NCBI RefSeq assembly: GCF_006345805.1
Contig: NC_043004.1
Coordinates: 22,196,001-22,260,000, forward strand
DNA from: Octopus sinensis
Lineage: Eukaryota
DNA: 64,000 nucleotides
Direction: 5' to 3'
The translations under genes and the position numbers were made by a program. The first letter of the stretch is position 1, and each line of letters opens with the position of its first letter. Below, piece after piece: positions 1 through 13,700 of this stretch. The notes under the pieces are model-generated. The model searched no databases. It worked only from the letters and a program-made list of their open reading frames with translations, and had not been told where the DNA came from.

Positions 1-2623
1 GTGCTTCTTATGGAGACTTCAATCTGCCCAATGTCAGATGGCCCGAGGGCCTTTCTCTCCCAGGAATGACAAGATGTGAACGAGGACAGGCGAGGTCCCT
101 TCTGAACCTCATCAACACCCTGTACATGGAGCAGGTAATACTCCAACCAACCAGGGCAGGTAACACACTGGATCTCTGCTTCACAAATGACATGGATCTC
201 ATCCATAATGTGAAAGTGACACCGACACTACTCTCGGATCACAACATGATAGAGCTGACCATGTACGGGCCAAAAGAGAGCACGGACATGCAGCCTACAA
301 GAAACCCTCAAAATCTTCCAGCTTGAACTACCATAAGGCAAACTGGAAACAAATTGAGAAAGAGATCCTCAAACAAAACTGGCCTAAATGTCTCTCCTCG
401 CCAGACATCGACGTGAAACTTCAACAATTCATGTCTGTAATGCAAGCCATATGCTACAAATGTGTCCCAGAGAGAAGGCCACTGTACACAAGAACAAAAT
501 CCCCAGAGAGAGGAAAATCTTAATGAGACGGCGTACGAAATTTTCAAATCGCCTAAACAAACAGATTGAAAGCAGTGAAAAGTCCCGCCTAAAAATAAAA
601 CTGTTGGAAATCGAAAAATGTCTGCAACTCTCCCATGAAAAAGAAAGAGCAGACAAGAAGCCTGGGCTATAGAAAACATAAAATCTAACCCCAGAGCTTT
701 CTACAGGTATGCCAAAGAAACAGCTACAGTGCACTGTAGAATAGGGTCACTCCTCGAAAAGGATGGCACACTTACAGGAAAACCAATGAGGGTAAGTGAA
801 ATACTGAATGAGCAATTCAAGAGTGTTTTCACTCCACCCCTTGGGCATCTCCAAATCACCAATCCAACTGACTTTTTTACCACTGCAGATATAAAATCAG
901 AGGCGGCGACGATAGATTACATCGATATAAAGGAAGACGATGCAACCAAGGCTATAGATGAAATGAAAACAGACTCAGCTACTGGCCCCGATGGATTCCC
1001 GGCAATCCTCCTAAAAGCATGTAAGAGAGTCCTAGCAAGACCACTGCAGTTCCTCTTTCAGAGCTTCCTTGCAGCTGGCAAACTTCCAGGAAAACTGAAG
1101 GAAGGTAAAATATGCCCCATTCATAAAGGAGGTAGCAGAGCGGAAGCCAAGAACTATAGACCTATCTCTCTGACCTTACACATCAGCAAGGTCATGGAAC
1201 GAATAGTCAGAAGGAAGCTGATCACCTTCCTTGAAGAGAATGACTTGCTGCCCGACACCCAACATGGTTTCCGACCAGGGAGAAGCTGTTTAACTCAGCT
1301 CCTACAACACTATGACTGGGTGCTGAAACGGCTGCTCAACCACTGAAATGTGGAAGTGATATATCTCGACTTTGCAAAGGCCTTTGATAAAGTCGATCAT
1401 GGAATGATATGTCACAAACTGCGTGATCTCAACATAGTTGGAAAACTGGGAGAATAGCTTCATGACTTTCTGAAGGATAGAAGTCAGGTGGTAGTAGCCA
1501 ATGGGGCCACCTCCATTAACACACAAATAGTGAGCGGTGTTCCGCAGGGCACTGTTCTGGGACCACTACTGTTCATAATGGCCCTCTCAGACATGCCCTC
1601 AGCCACGCAGAGAGCCACGATCACAAGTTATGCAGATGATACAAAAGTTTCACAGGCAATACATAACCCTGGGGACACTAAACACCTGCAATGTGAGCTG
1701 GACGAAATATACAAGTGGGCTGAAAAGAATAGCATGCAGTTCAATGCTGGAAAGTTTCAAGCTTTATACTATCAGCATGCAAAACTGAATGCAATACCCA
1801 ATGAATACACTGGACCCGGAGGGATTGCAATCCCAGAGGCACAATCAGTGCGTGACCTGGGTATTCACATGAGTGATGACGCGACCTTTCATGTACATGT
1901 TGCTAAACTGACAATGAAATGTAGACGGCTGGCTGGATGGATTCTTAGAACCTTTAGAACAAGAGAACAAGAAACCATGATGGTCCTCTGGAAGACACCT
2001 GTCCGAAGCCACTTTGACTATTGCTCTCAGCTATGGTCACCATCCAGTGTCAAGTTGATCACAGAACTTGAGGCGATCCAACGAAGCTACACAAAGAAGA
2101 TAGCCTCTATGCAGAATGTAAGCTACTGGGAAAGACTCAAGAGATTAAAATTATATTCCCTGGAGCGTAGGCGGGAAAGATATGCCATAATATACATCTG
2201 GAAGATCCTGGAGGGAAGTGTCCTGAACTTTGGCATCGAGAGTTACGCAAATGCCAGAACTGGGCGCCACTGCGTGGTGCCTAGGACTCCAAACCCGCCA
2301 TCAAGATGTAGGACAAGATTCTGTGATAGCCTGGGCTTCCGAGGCCCACAGCTCTTCAATATCCTCCCGAAGAACCTGAGAGACCTGCATGGGGTGGATA
2401 CAGATGTCTTTAAAATGAAGCTGGATCTCTTCCTGTCAGCTGTCCCAGATGAACCAACTTCATGGCAGGAGGGGCAGATGAGGGCAGCTGCATCGAACTC
2501 TCTCATGCACCAAATAGCAGTTGCTAGAAAGCCTCCATGAAGTGAAACCAAGTAGCAACACCAAATGGCGGTGCCCCAGCATGGCCACAGCTCATAAGCT
2601 GAAACTAGAATCAATCAATCAAT

Positions 2624-2627
<4 letters not shown>
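1..2627 (+). mobile_element. CR1/L2-group LINE (APE endonuclease C-terminal part, RT and 3' UTR). Runs off the window's left edge; inactivated by a few frameshifts and stops.
   Basis: APE motifs GDFNLP (~12-30), NTLDL and SDHNMI (ORF 66-326). RT motifs NYRPISL, QHGFRPGRSCLTQLL, YLDFAKAFDKVDH, SGVPQGTVLGPLLF and SYADDTK (ORFs 729-1346 and 1488-2540, same frame, separated by in-frame stops). C-terminal LDLFLSAVPDEP. The 3' UTR ends in an (AATC)n tail at ~2609-2627. Confidence 0.93.
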
Positions 2628-2692
<65 letters not shown>

Positions 2693-2732
2693 TAATATAT
2701 ATATATGCATATAATATATAAATATGTATATA

Positions 2733-2799
<67 letters not shown>

Positions 2800-3021
2800 T
2801 ATACATATATATACATATATATATATACATACATATATATATATACATATATATATATACATACATATATGTATACATACATATATTATACATATATATA
2901 CATACATACATATATATACATATATATACATACATATATATATACATACATATATATATACATATATATACATACATATACATACATATATATACATACA
3001 TACATATACATACATACATAA

Positions 3022-3068
<47 letters not shown>

Positions 3069-3113
3069 CATATATGTACATACATATATATACATACACA
3101 TATATATATACAC

Positions 3114-3152
<39 letters not shown>

Positions 3153-3472
3153 TCTATATATACAATATGTATATAATTTATATATGCATATAATATATAA
3201 ATATGTATATAATATATATGCATATATATATATATATAATATATATGCATATAATATATATATGAATATAATATATATATGTATACAATGTATATGTGCA
3301 TATATATGTATGTATGTATATGATATATACATATGTATATATATATATATGTGTATATAATATATATATGTATCTATGTATATATGTACAAATATATGAA
3401 TAATTATGTGTATGTATATAATATATATATATGCATATATATAAATTTATATGTATATATATATACATACAT

Positions 3473-3557
<85 letters not shown>
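2628..3557. repeat. ~930-bp compound (TA)n/(TACA)n microsatellite
   Basis: Read directly from the sequence. It generates the spurious IYIYIH ORFs between 2619 and 3611. Confidence 0.97.
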
Positions 3558-3563
<6 letters not shown>

Positions 3564-4169
3564 ACCTTTTTGGTGTGTCACGATATTAACTTTTCCCCTA
3601 AACTTCATTAGACGGACCACTGCATTTGTAAGGATTGCCTACTAGAAATTTTGTGGTTATATTGAATGGAAAAGTAAACAAAATATTAAACGGAGCCATT
3701 CCGTTATTTACGAGAATAAGCTATGCTAAACGCAGTTAACATTACGATTAATTTAATCTAATTTTGATATGAATATCGAATTTCTTGAATATGTTCTTGC
3801 TAACGAGGAGTAAATGAGCTATTGCATATCCATCATTATCTGCTTGTAGGATGTTAACATAATATATCATTTCGGCTACAAAATATGGTGATAATTTTTT
3901 GCAATATTATTGATAGATATGTCTTCACATAGGTTTTAGTACTTCATCAGTGAAGAAAAATTATTGGGTGCCTCTTTAATAAGAACCTCGTGTTAATCTT
4001 ACAGATCTCCACTTCACTCTCACAGGTTACCTGAATGCATTTCTCCATTGTAAATATATGCCTATAGATGGGTAGAGTGAAATTACATCCATACTACCCA
4101 CAACCTGTGAGGTCGTTCAAGTTGTTGCAATTACCGATTTTATTGAGATCTTCCGCGCACACACTGACA

Positions 4170-4775
4170 TCTGGAGACATCTGTACAAAGACTGGAATAG
4201 GATACAAAGAACTTGTGACAAAGCAAACAGGGCGAAACGTGGTATAAAACTGACAAATATCAAGGAGGGATGTTTATAGAGGCTTCAGACCATGGAGAAC
4301 TAGCCTGTAGATTTAGAAATGCTCTGAAGGAGACCAAGCTCAACATTAAGATTGATGAAAATTTCTGGGAAATCCGTCAGATCACAACTATGTAGGGCAT
4401 ACCGCTTTGAGAATACCATATGCACCATTGATAACTACATGACATGTAGGATTAGCCCTGGCATTAACTGTAGAAGTAGAAATGTAGTTTACAGTATAAG
4501 TAGCATAGAAGGTGCTTGTAAAGACATGAACATGACATACATAAGGGAGACAGCTAGGAGCATTGTTGAACGACTAAATGAACATTTGAGATAATATGAT
4601 GATAATAAACAGTCCTCCAAACTCTACCAACATGCTATGGACCAACATCGAGGCAACCTGGGTCAGCTTGACATCCGCATCTTATCCAAGCACCCAACGG
4701 ACACAATACTCAGACAAATAGGGAATGTGTCCTTATAAATGAAATTTCACCAATACTAAATAAGAAATATACATA
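4170..4775 (+). mobile_element. Penelope-like element fragment (GIY-YIG endonuclease region), decayed
   Basis: Translates to CRSRNVVYSISS...YIRETARSIVERLNEHLR, then SKLYQHAMDQH...ILSKHPTDTILRQI...PILNKK. This is the typical PLE C-terminal pattern (VY.I.C...YIGET.R....R..EH). Confidence 0.75.
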
Positions 4776-5099
4776 GTAGATATCATTCCCCCATAGCCAC
4801 ACTTTAGACAGATAGAGTAGAATAGTTAGTGGGCTGTTATGTAGATAGATGTGTGTATGTGTGTGTGTGTAGGTGAATATATATATATGTATATGCACAT
4901 GTATGTAAGCAAAAGGATATGAAAATAAACAGATTTACAATAGACGATAGGTACATCGGTTATATTAACAGGCAAGCATACATACGCAAATGAACACTAA
5001 AACACATGAGCATATATACAAGAATCAATCTCTTTTGAATATGTATGTAACTCCTATTTAATCTATTTAGTGCTTTCATCTTTCGTTTGTCCATTCACT

Positions 5100-5383
5100 G
5101 GTGTGTATACTCATACATACATACATACATACATTCATATATAGATACATATATACACACGCACACACACACACACACATAAAGATATATATATATATAA
5201 TATATATATATATTATATATATATATATATATACATGCATATATTCACACACAGATATCTATATATATATATGAATATACATTTGTAAATATGCATATAC
5301 ATACACACATACACATACTGACACACAAACACACACACATACATATATATATATATGTATATATATATGTGTATATATATTTG

Positions 5384-5451
<68 letters not shown>

Positions 5452-5470
5452 CACTTAGTGTGTGTGTGTG
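5100..5470. repeat. Compound (TA)n/(CA)n/(TACA)n microsatellite
   Basis: Read directly from the sequence. Confidence 0.95.
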
Positions 5471-6628
5471 TATATAGGAATAATCAAATGCACGATATAT
5501 ATATTTCTATACAATAAATTCTAGAAGCAAATGATATCAATTATATATTGATAGCTTTTATTTAACAATATACATTTAATATTTTCGATCGAATTAAGGT
5601 AGATCTAAAGCTTAAGTCTATTTGAAGTTACGCAGCTTCAAATAGGAACTAAAATTTGAGAATGTTACAGTCATATAGTACTGATTTGTACGATATAAAA
5701 TGATAATACAATATCTTTTGTCTGTCCTGGAGGTGACATTTGACATTTGGAGTAGGATACTTTGTGAAAGAAGCGGGGAATATGATGCTTCAGAGCAAAA
5801 CAATTTGTCATAGTTTAGCGATTTTCTTTAAAAGTTAATTCCTTTCCCGGCATTTTTAACTATAACAGTTACTGATTAACTACAAGTATTAGATCTAATC
5901 TCAAATATGGCATGAAATGGATATTCTCGTTTATCACCTCAAAATTTCAACCCTTGTGCCTATTACAGAAAGGATTATTATTATCATTGAACCAGACGAA
6001 TGCTCAGAGTATCTATGCCATCAGCCAGTGCCGACTGAGGAATGACTTTGGATAAGAAATGAAGAAATAAGAGATATTGTGTGAAACGTAACAAACTCAG
6101 TATTTTCTCTTTTTAGGTTTAAACTGTTTCGTACTCGATTCGTATACATAAACATCTTTATAGGCAAACACACACAATTGGGCATAAACAGAAACACATA
6201 CACATACAAACGCATACATAATGGGGAGGTAAGACGTGGTAGATGTCATTGCTTACATTTCAGTATGAGCAAAGGTTAGATCAGCATTATGGGCCTCAGT
6301 AGTGAAATCGTGTCGGATTGGTGGCAACAGGAGTTTATAATCCGATATCGAACATGTAAACATGAAAGTGGAGATCAGGACAATTATCTGCTGCTAGATA
6401 ATATTATCTCGTGTTGGACGTGAGGAAGCATAATTGTTTGCTCGGTAAACACAACCCATCACCAGCGCCACCACCACTTTTTTTCTTCAGTTTTCCTATT
6501 TTTATCATCATCACCACTACTATCATAATCTTTGACATCATATTCTTCATCCTTGTTCTTTTGTCTATGAACTATTATCTTTTTTATCTGTCCCGATTCT
6601 CTCCGTCTCTCTTCCATTGTTTCACTCA

Positions 6629-6681
<53 letters not shown>

Positions 6682-7351
6682 ACTTCCTCTGCATTTTCCC
6701 TTTCCCCTCTTTCATTGTATTACTGTTTTTTTTTCTCTCTCTCATTTTTCCGTCCCCATCTGTTTCTTTTACTCTTTTCTTTTTTCCTCTCCTTCTGTCT
6801 GTGTAAACATAAGACTTTAGAAATTTCGAAATCTCGCCAAATTTTTGTTTGGAAAGGGAAATAGTTGATGCATTGATTACTATAAAATACAACAATCGGA
6901 TTTTTTGTCGTCGTAGACGTCAGCATAGTCATCGTTGTCGTCGTGATCCTGAACAGATTGTTTACAATATTGTGTGCAACGAAATTGCTTTATAAATATT
7001 ATTGTGTCGATAAAAAAACAAGTTTTACATTTACCTTTCAAATAGTGTAGTAAATTGTGCGTTTATACATGCAATTTCGTCTTTCTATATGCATTACGTG
7101 TAAATAGGAAATATGATTGAGCTTAAAAGTTATATGTATACACTCACTCATCCACGTGCGCAGGTGTGCCTATACGTGTGTCTCCATTTTTTGTGACAGA
7201 CATTATACAGTGAAAAATTATTAATTATATAAAATAATTTTAAAAGAACTGAATGATATAAACCATGCTGATTTCTGATGTTATTTCTCAATGCAATAAA
7301 TGTTAATCTAAAATGACTTTATGTTCGGGGGGATTTTTTCCTCGGTGGGAT

Positions 7352-7411
<60 letters not shown>

Positions 7412-7599
7412 GCACATATGCATATATATACACGATTTAATAAACATATGATTTAAATGTGAGATGCTGTAATTCACATGGTTTCATAGAAATACAGTCG
7501 GATAAAATTTTATAGTTTCCTCAAAAGGGTCACCATGTTTCATTTATCTTACCTCTTTCTCTCATTTCTTTCCCCGTTCCCTTTTTCCTATTGATTAAT

Positions 7600-8765
7600 C
7601 TCAAAGAGTACCCGTGTTTTATTTGGAGCCTGAACGATTGCAAAATAGTACACGCATGTCATGCAACTTCGTCTGCGGTGATCACGTAGTTAGAATTAGA
7701 AATTTTTGTAAGCTCCCCTCTTCTGCTATGCATCGATGTCATATGACACTATTTTCTTCCGTCGAAACCTAAGTCTGACACGGTTAACTGGTTTGGTGTA
7801 GTGACAGTCCCAAACAATTAATGAGATTGATGCAAGTCACCAAGAAGCGTAGCAACACATTTTGACTCATAGTGTCGGGTATGTGGAGGGCAATTTAGCG
7901 CTGATGAGTAGTTTTATTACGGATTTTGATTGCCTTTTCATTTAGATTACATAGTGCATGCAATGATCTGATAGGTAATGCTGTAAAACTATGTCTTTTG
8001 GTTTGTATGTTATAATAAAGGGTAAAGTATTGGACGTATCTCAAGTCTTTTTGTTTTTAGTAGTATTTGCACGTTCTCTTGTGTTGTCTATTAACACTGA
8101 TATCGTTTTTCTAGTAATAATTTCTTAATTCCCACAGTCTTTTATTACGAGTTTCGTACTTTACAACAGTTGTAAAGATTCCTCCTGCTAAATTAAAAGG
8201 AAGATTACTTTTTGTGTGTTAGGATGGCGTGGGAAAAAAAGCAGGCATTGTTTAAAACCTATTTTGGTCTTTGTGTCTCTTTTATTGATTAGAATCTCCA
8301 GAAACAGTAGTTTAGATTTACTGTGTTAGATAGAGAAGTAAGAACTATTATTTATGTTGTTCATTAGGTTTTTATAAATCAATAAGCCCGTCAAAAGTTT
8401 ATTTCTTCAGATTCAGTCAGTCAGCTAAGTAACGTTTCCAAGTTTCTAGTAAATATTTCTGGAGGTCCACGCCGAATTTTAATTGAGATTATTCATAAAT
8501 CTGGAACACCATAACTGAATTGGCATCAGTCGGAGCAACTTTTGCAACCATCGTAGTCCCAGATATTTCCTTGTAAATAATGCCATTGAAGTCAAGTGTT
8601 GTTTTCAAAGATGAATTTTAATCTTCAGATTGTGAATCTTTGTTCAATTATGTCTGGGGTTTAATTAGGGAAGTTTCGAGATAGAAACCTATTGCATCTA
8701 GTCCATATTGGTATGGAATCATGGTATAGACGTTCAGATCATCAAATGTATGGGAATACTATACA
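7600..8765 (-). mobile_element. Heavily decayed Penelope-like element (RT through GIY-YIG), same family as 60661-62280
   Basis: The minus strand gives TFDDLNVYTMIPYQYGLDAIGFYLE, FIFENN..FNGIIYKEISGTTMVAKVAP, TWKRYLAD and KLLFLEILINKRD. These are colinear with SFDVINLYSNIPHTLGIEAITFWL, LRFILENNYF, NWKRYLDD and KLLFLDILIKK in the 60661-62280 copy. Confidence 0.72.
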
Positions 8766-9338
8766 CTGTCTTTCACTTCATTTAGTTATCAATTGTGATT
8801 CCTCCAGTCTTATACACTCTATCTTTCTCTCTCACACCTTTCTCTCGCTTTCTCTCCCTTCCCCCCACCTCTCTCTCTTTCTCCCTCTCTCTTTCTCACT
8901 ATCTCTTTCCTTCTTTAACAATCGATCCGTTTATTTTGTATTGTTCTAAAATGTCTTACTCTAATTATGTTCATTTTTGCTCCTACATAAATTACTATGT
9001 GCCATGCCAACCGACAAACTTTACATAGAAGTTGTACAGTATGAGTGTTTTTTAAAATATCTTTAGATGTTTCCAAACCTGAGTACAAAACAACTGGAAT
9101 GATACTGACGAAAATTCACGCTTTTAATTACTTTTATTATTAGTAACTTTACAACATGTATTATGCATGTATTATGATTTCGAGCATATATATTTACATA
9201 CACGCATACATAAGCACACTAACACTCAACTGCGTATATATGTATGTATATACGAGCGTGTATGTATGCGGCTAGGCATATATTCCCTACATGAGTTAAG
9301 CATACGTACGCACACACACACGCATATATATATATGTA

Positions 9339-9388
<50 letters not shown>

Positions 9389-10569
9389 TTAAATTTATAT
9401 ATGCATACAACCTAATATATATACCAGCCAAATGACCTTCCACACACAGTGTTCAGTAAATCAAAGAAATCATAATAAGTAAGTGCTCGTGACTTTTATT
9501 TTCCTAAAATTCTTACTTGTATTCATTTAGTCACAAAACAAGATTTATGCTGCGAAGTCGAGTCACGGTCATGATTGATCTGAGAAGAACATTCTAGAGA
9601 TATTTCTTTCTAGTTTTCTGAAGTTTCAGAAGTTTCTAGAATGTTTGACAGCAAATTAAGTGTCTCTAAACGGAAAATACAAAAACATTTGAAAGCATCA
9701 CGTCTTACCTGACAGAATGTAAATATAGTTATTTTGGTCATGAAAATATGTAGGCGTATATTATTATTACCTAATGTCTTTTGGCATGGTCGTGAATTGA
9801 AACATTCTGAGAAAAGTTTCTGTAGTACACAGCAGGTTTTTTCTAGTATTTAAGTAACGATTATTCAATAAAAGATGAAAGAATCTGTCTCCCATAAAGA
9901 TGTTAAGGATTTTATTCTGAATATAATTAGTGTAAATGCTTGCAGTAACTTCTTAAATTGTCATTTTCATCCATGAAAGTCATAATAGCAACAAACTTAT
10001 CATATATGCTTATAGAATCACAGGGCAATACTTCTGTGTCAATTTAAGTTCTAATGTAGAAGTCCATTCAAATGAATATTGGAACAAAAGCACTAACCAG
10101 TAATGAGCAGCATAAATACAAAACTGCTACCTTTTCAAATATACTTAAGGTTTATTTGACCTCGTACCAAAGCTATTGGAATTTATGGAGATGATTTTGC
10201 GCTATAGACAAATAAGTTGTAAACACATTCAGACAGTTCGAAGGGCCCCCACCCCTAAAACCAGACTGATGGATGCATGCATTTCGGAGTGGGTTTTTCC
10301 TTTTCAGCTCCAGAAACAAGAAAGGCACACATAACGAACTGAAAATAGAAAGAGGTTGCTCTTATTATAATCCCGTCATCGCACTATGATTATTTGTGCA
10401 TTCGGTGGCTCACCGTAAATGAAGTAGCGAACGAAAGCGCTAAGTAGTGTTGTGTATAAATAGAAATACACTTACAAATATTAAAATAATCTGTGTTCGT
10501 ATGAATGTTGTGTGGGTAATATAGTAAGAGTCCTACATCATGTTTAATGTTGTTTCACGCCCATCCGCA

Positions 10570-10594
10570 CATGTATATACATGGATTCATCTCC

Positions 10595-10677
<83 letters not shown>

Positions 10678-10700
10678 CTTCTCTCTCTCTCTCTCTTTCC
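10570..10700. repeat. (CT)n microsatellite
   Basis: Read directly from the sequence. Confidence 0.95.
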
Positions 10701-13700
10701 ATAGAGATATATATGTATGTGTGAGTGTGTTTGTGTGTCTGTGTGTCCGTATGAAGAAACTGATTTGTAAACGTTGGAACGCTTAGATATTTACAGTGTA
10801 TAGAAGAGCCATTTGTCTCTATAAGAAATGCACGTAATTACATGTTACAATCTAAATGGTTTTCGTTTTAGACATGCTAATATATATAACACTTGTGGGT
10901 GGTCAGAAACAAGATTTAATATAAAAAGTACATAAATAGAGAACTAAAGTGTACAAGTTTTGTATTCTTTATGAAAGATAGGACAGAGGAAAAAACATGA
11001 TATATCCAGTTAGGTAGTAAAGTCAATTCAAGAGTATACACTAATGTGTTTCTTGTATATTCATTAAAATACTTTTACCTTATTTTTATCCATTCGAGGT
11101 TATATGTCAACATTTTAGGAGATGCATCGATCTGAGGTGTTGTGCAATCTAGCTGAGAGTCAAGAGCCAAGCTAATGACGTAGAGATTTCACATGAAAAG
11201 CATATGGTAATAATTCAGCTATGATGACGAAATTTGTGTCATTCAATCTAGTAGTCTATGATTATGCAGGGAAAAAAACGACTCTTTGATGTAATGCAAA
11301 TGAACGTTAGAAGTGAAACGAATGTTCTACAAAGTAATAAATCCTGACATGGTAGGCGTGTTTAACAACTTCGTGATTTACAAGAGACTTGGCTGGAAAA
11401 TTCATATACAACTTTAGAAAGAAAACCTTCTCATCGTGCATTCTCAAAATAACATAAATTTCACAATAGTGCTTAATCATTTTTATATACCAAAATTGTG
11501 ATGATGGATTTTAAATCTTGTAATGACTGACCTCTTTGATTTTACTCTCATTCACTCTCTTTGTGAACACTGATTTCATAATGCCTGCCGCTTTGACTGT
11601 ATTACAGCTTTATTAGACAAATATATATATAACCAAGCTCAGAAATTTTATGAAACAAAATTAGCTTTGAAATAAAGGTGTACTGAACATTAAATATAAC
11701 GGTTAATGCATATCAAATGCAAAAGTATACGACATAGTTAAGTATTATTACAAACACAAATGAATGATTCGCTTTTGTATGTAATGTGTTTTTAAGCAAG
11801 CAGCATATGTATATTACAGATTATAAGAGGAAAACCTTTCGATATCTCATGAAAAAAAAACGTGGCAAGCTAAAAATAAGAAAAGAAAAACAATTACGTT
11901 ACGTAGAATATTGAGAAGAAAAAGCGGTACATAATATACTGTTAGCTAACTGATATCATATTCTTTAATTGCTACATTTAGGTACGCAGTTGCTGTCAGA
12001 GTGACAAATAATCACACACATGCACACATATGCAAACTTATACACCCAACTTTAGTTTATTTCTAGAAATGTATAAATGGACATCAATGGTCACGGTGGG
12101 GATAAGCTTCATCATAGGTTTGCTTCATCAAGATTCACCTGGGGGTAATCAGCCGCAGCATGTTTCTTTTGAAAAACAATTCCACAAAACAATTTTAAGA
12201 AAAAATTTAAGACTAACCTTTACAGAACTAATTTCCAATTTAAAAAAAAAAACCCTGATGCTCTAATTGTATCAGAAAACAACATGTATATATTTAAAAT
12301 TGCATTAAGAGGGGAGAACATCTTATAGAATAACTCACTATGTTTCTTAGCATTTAATATTTCATTTTTTCATAATATTTTATATGTCCAAGAAAAGTTC
12401 AGTCGGAAATATTTCAAAACATTACTCACTAATAACATGACTTAATTTCATGTTACGAATATCAGTAAGCATACTTACACATAGATACATAAAAACAATC
12501 ACGCACACACATAACTACAGACACGCACACATACACATGCATATACACATTCACCTACACACATGCATAACTATGTTACTGTGTTTGTCTCTATAGATAC
12601 ATTACACTAGTTTCATTACAAAATTATTTTTCCATGTTTTTATAGTTTCTTTAGCTTTTTATATAACATTTCTGTCAAAATCATTTTTCAAAACTGGTAT
12701 ATTTATATCTTTATTTTCTGTATATTGTATCATATATATTTCGGTAAATAGTATTTAAATAATTCGTAGAATGATATAACTGTATTCATTCAAGGTATCA
12801 CCCTATACTATTTACTCTAACTGCTCTTCTTCATATTTTTCCATATTTATTTTCTATCAATTTAATATTACTTAAATATTTTTAATTTTTCTTCCTCATC
12901 AATATTGTAAATATCAACAATCAGCGTTCCTCAATTAAATCGTTATAGATTCACGACGGAACTCTTTTTATGTTGTATCTCAAAGATAAACGATTGCGTA
13001 AAGACATGGAATAACATATAAAAATCCCTTGAGTTACGGAAATGATTCTCTCGTAAAATCTCCAGACAATAGTAATGTGGCTGTAGATAATATTTAGGCC
13101 TCGATCTCCTAAGACTGGTTTCAAATTTTGGAACAAGCACAGACATTTTAAGGGATGGTTATGTTGATTACGTTGATCCCAATGCTCAATTATTTTATCG
13201 ACCGCAAAATAATGAAAGGCAAAATCCGCCTATGTGGAAGTTAAACTCAGAAATTAAAACCAAAGGAAATGCTTTGAAATTTTGTCCAGTCTACAAACTA
13301 ATCTGTCAGCATACTGCCCCTATAACACTGAAGTATTAAACAAAGTGGTGAAGGTTTTATCTTTCGGACAAGTTTTTAACCTATTTAGCATTATTATGAT
13401 CCGAGGACGGTAGCATGGTGTGACCAGCAGGAACATTTAACCAAATCTCGCAAAAATGTTTACCAATCATCTCGAGAAGAAAAGAATATATAAATAGTAT
13501 AATATAGTTCTAGGTACACTATGATTGAAAATGCAATGTTCATGACGGGAGGGCGTGTAGACATTTAGAACTTCATGAATTTTAATCTATTACTTTCTTT
13601 GCCTAATTCATTCCCTGTAATAGTATGCAGCTACTTTCATGTTTAATAATAATATCGATTATATAAAAACACTTGTGCTATGGAATTCATTCACAATATT

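Noticed and set aside
2619-3611. Numerous long ORFs of the IYIYIH/YTHIY/CVCVC type here and at 5259, 20105, 21911, 25623, 34884, 37086, 39873, 45363, 52427, 57923 and 59749
   Set aside because: They are translations of (TA)n, (CA)n and (TACA)n microsatellites, which lack stop codons in most frames. There is no coding signal.
3925-3955. CTGATGA hammerhead-like word on the minus strand next to the PLE fragment (also 7901 on plus and 38102 on minus)
   Set aside because: No correctly placed stem II + GAAA + stem III/UH could be built. The best case (38102) has GACA instead of GAAA and no stem I partner.
5191-5220. Recurrent paired AA...TT interruptions forming perfect palindromes inside (TA)n arrays (also ~2731, ~22140, ~53171)
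   Set aside because: Any one-base register shift in (TA)n produces this pattern. It is most simply slippage or long-read consensus error and cannot be judged without raw reads.
6411-6932. Hydrophobic F/L/S-rich ORFs resembling membrane proteins (also 8692-9028, 10547-10786, 38269-38619)
   Set aside because: They derive from (CT)n and pyrimidine-rich low-complexity DNA.
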